A DNA stretch of 5,882 nucleotides from Longivirga aurantiaca (GTDB lineage Bacteria; Actinomycetota; Actinomycetes; S36-B12; CAIYMF01). The stretch covers positions 1-5,882 of the forward strand of contig NZ_JBHSTI010000063.1 in the NCBI RefSeq assembly GCF_042660085.1, read 5' to 3'. Positions 5,597-5,882 of this stretch are shown here, piece after piece; position 1 is the stretch's first letter; each line of letters opens with the position of its first letter. The notes beneath the pieces are model-generated. The model worked only from the letters and a program-made list of their open reading frames with translations. It had not been told where the DNA came from and made no database searches. A program made the position numbers and the translations under genes.

Positions 5597-5882
5597 GGGG
5601 CAGCACCCGCAGCTGCGGTCTCCGAGCGCAGGGACGCCTTGCGCAGCGCGCTGGCCAGCGCTCCGTCGAGATCGACGGCGAGCTCGACCGAGGTGGCGCG
5701 GGCGGAGTCGGGCAGCGCCCGCACGACCACGCTCGACCCGACCGGGAGGTCGCCGAGGCGGGGGGCCATGAGGTGCCGGAGCTTGCGGGCGACGGCGTGG
5801 CGCACGACGGAGCCGCCGACGGCCTTGCTCACGACGAATCCCGCCCGCGGGCTCTGCCCGGGGCGGGATGAAGGGGCGGTGT
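5593..5882 (-). CDS. rnpA: Ribonuclease P protein component, C-terminal part (gene start lies off the right edge)
   Basis: The frame stays open upstream of the track's GTG at 5832 to the window edge, reading ..[37 protein letters not shown]. [22 protein letters not shown] is the conserved RnpA RNA-binding block. TGA stop at 5593-5595. The position immediately upstream of yidD-yidC is the conserved synteny. Confidence 0.85.
   Translation of the reverse strand, partial: TAPSSRPGQSPRAGFVVSKAVGGSVVRHAVARKLRHLMAPRLGDLPVGSSVVVRALPDSARATSVELAVDLDGALASALRKASLRSETAAAGAAP

Noticed and set aside
1-5882. oriC or a DnaA-box cluster
   Set aside because: I found no clustered TTGTCCACA/TTATCCACA-like boxes and no AT-rich unwinding element. 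By conserved synteny, oriC should lie beyond the right edge, past rnpA-rpmH and dnaA.

Overview
Very GC-rich window with actinobacterial-style codon usage (G/C at almost every third codon position of the real genes). It is fully explained by the conserved oriC-proximal housekeeping cluster. On the minus strand, in transcription order from the right edge, lie rnpA (5' end off-window), yidD, yidC, jag/khpB, rsmG (gidB), parA and parB. On the plus strand at the left edge, the 3' part of a ddl gene converges on parB. The long plus-strand ORFs in the six-frame track (700, 431, 324 and 442 aa) are antisense shadow ORFs of these genes, not genes. I see no tRNA/rRNA, CRISPR array, transposase/integrase, toxin-antitoxin or defence-type gene, and I do not think the window holds an undescribed system. 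The best non-coding signal is three identical copies of a parS-like 15-mer, TGTTTCACGGGAAAC. They surround the jag start: one inside jag codons and two in the yidC-jag spacer. All three carry the same central T->G change that breaks the canonical CACGTG dyad. Secondary observations: three maximal ORFs (parB, parA, jag) are probably over-extended at the 5' end; the rnpA/yidD and yidD/yidC junctions overlap by 4 nt; YidC, YidD and ParA carry long low-complexity extensions; and two spacers contain small GC hairpins but no TA dinucleotide. All calls come from reading the sequence and recalled family motifs. No database search was run.
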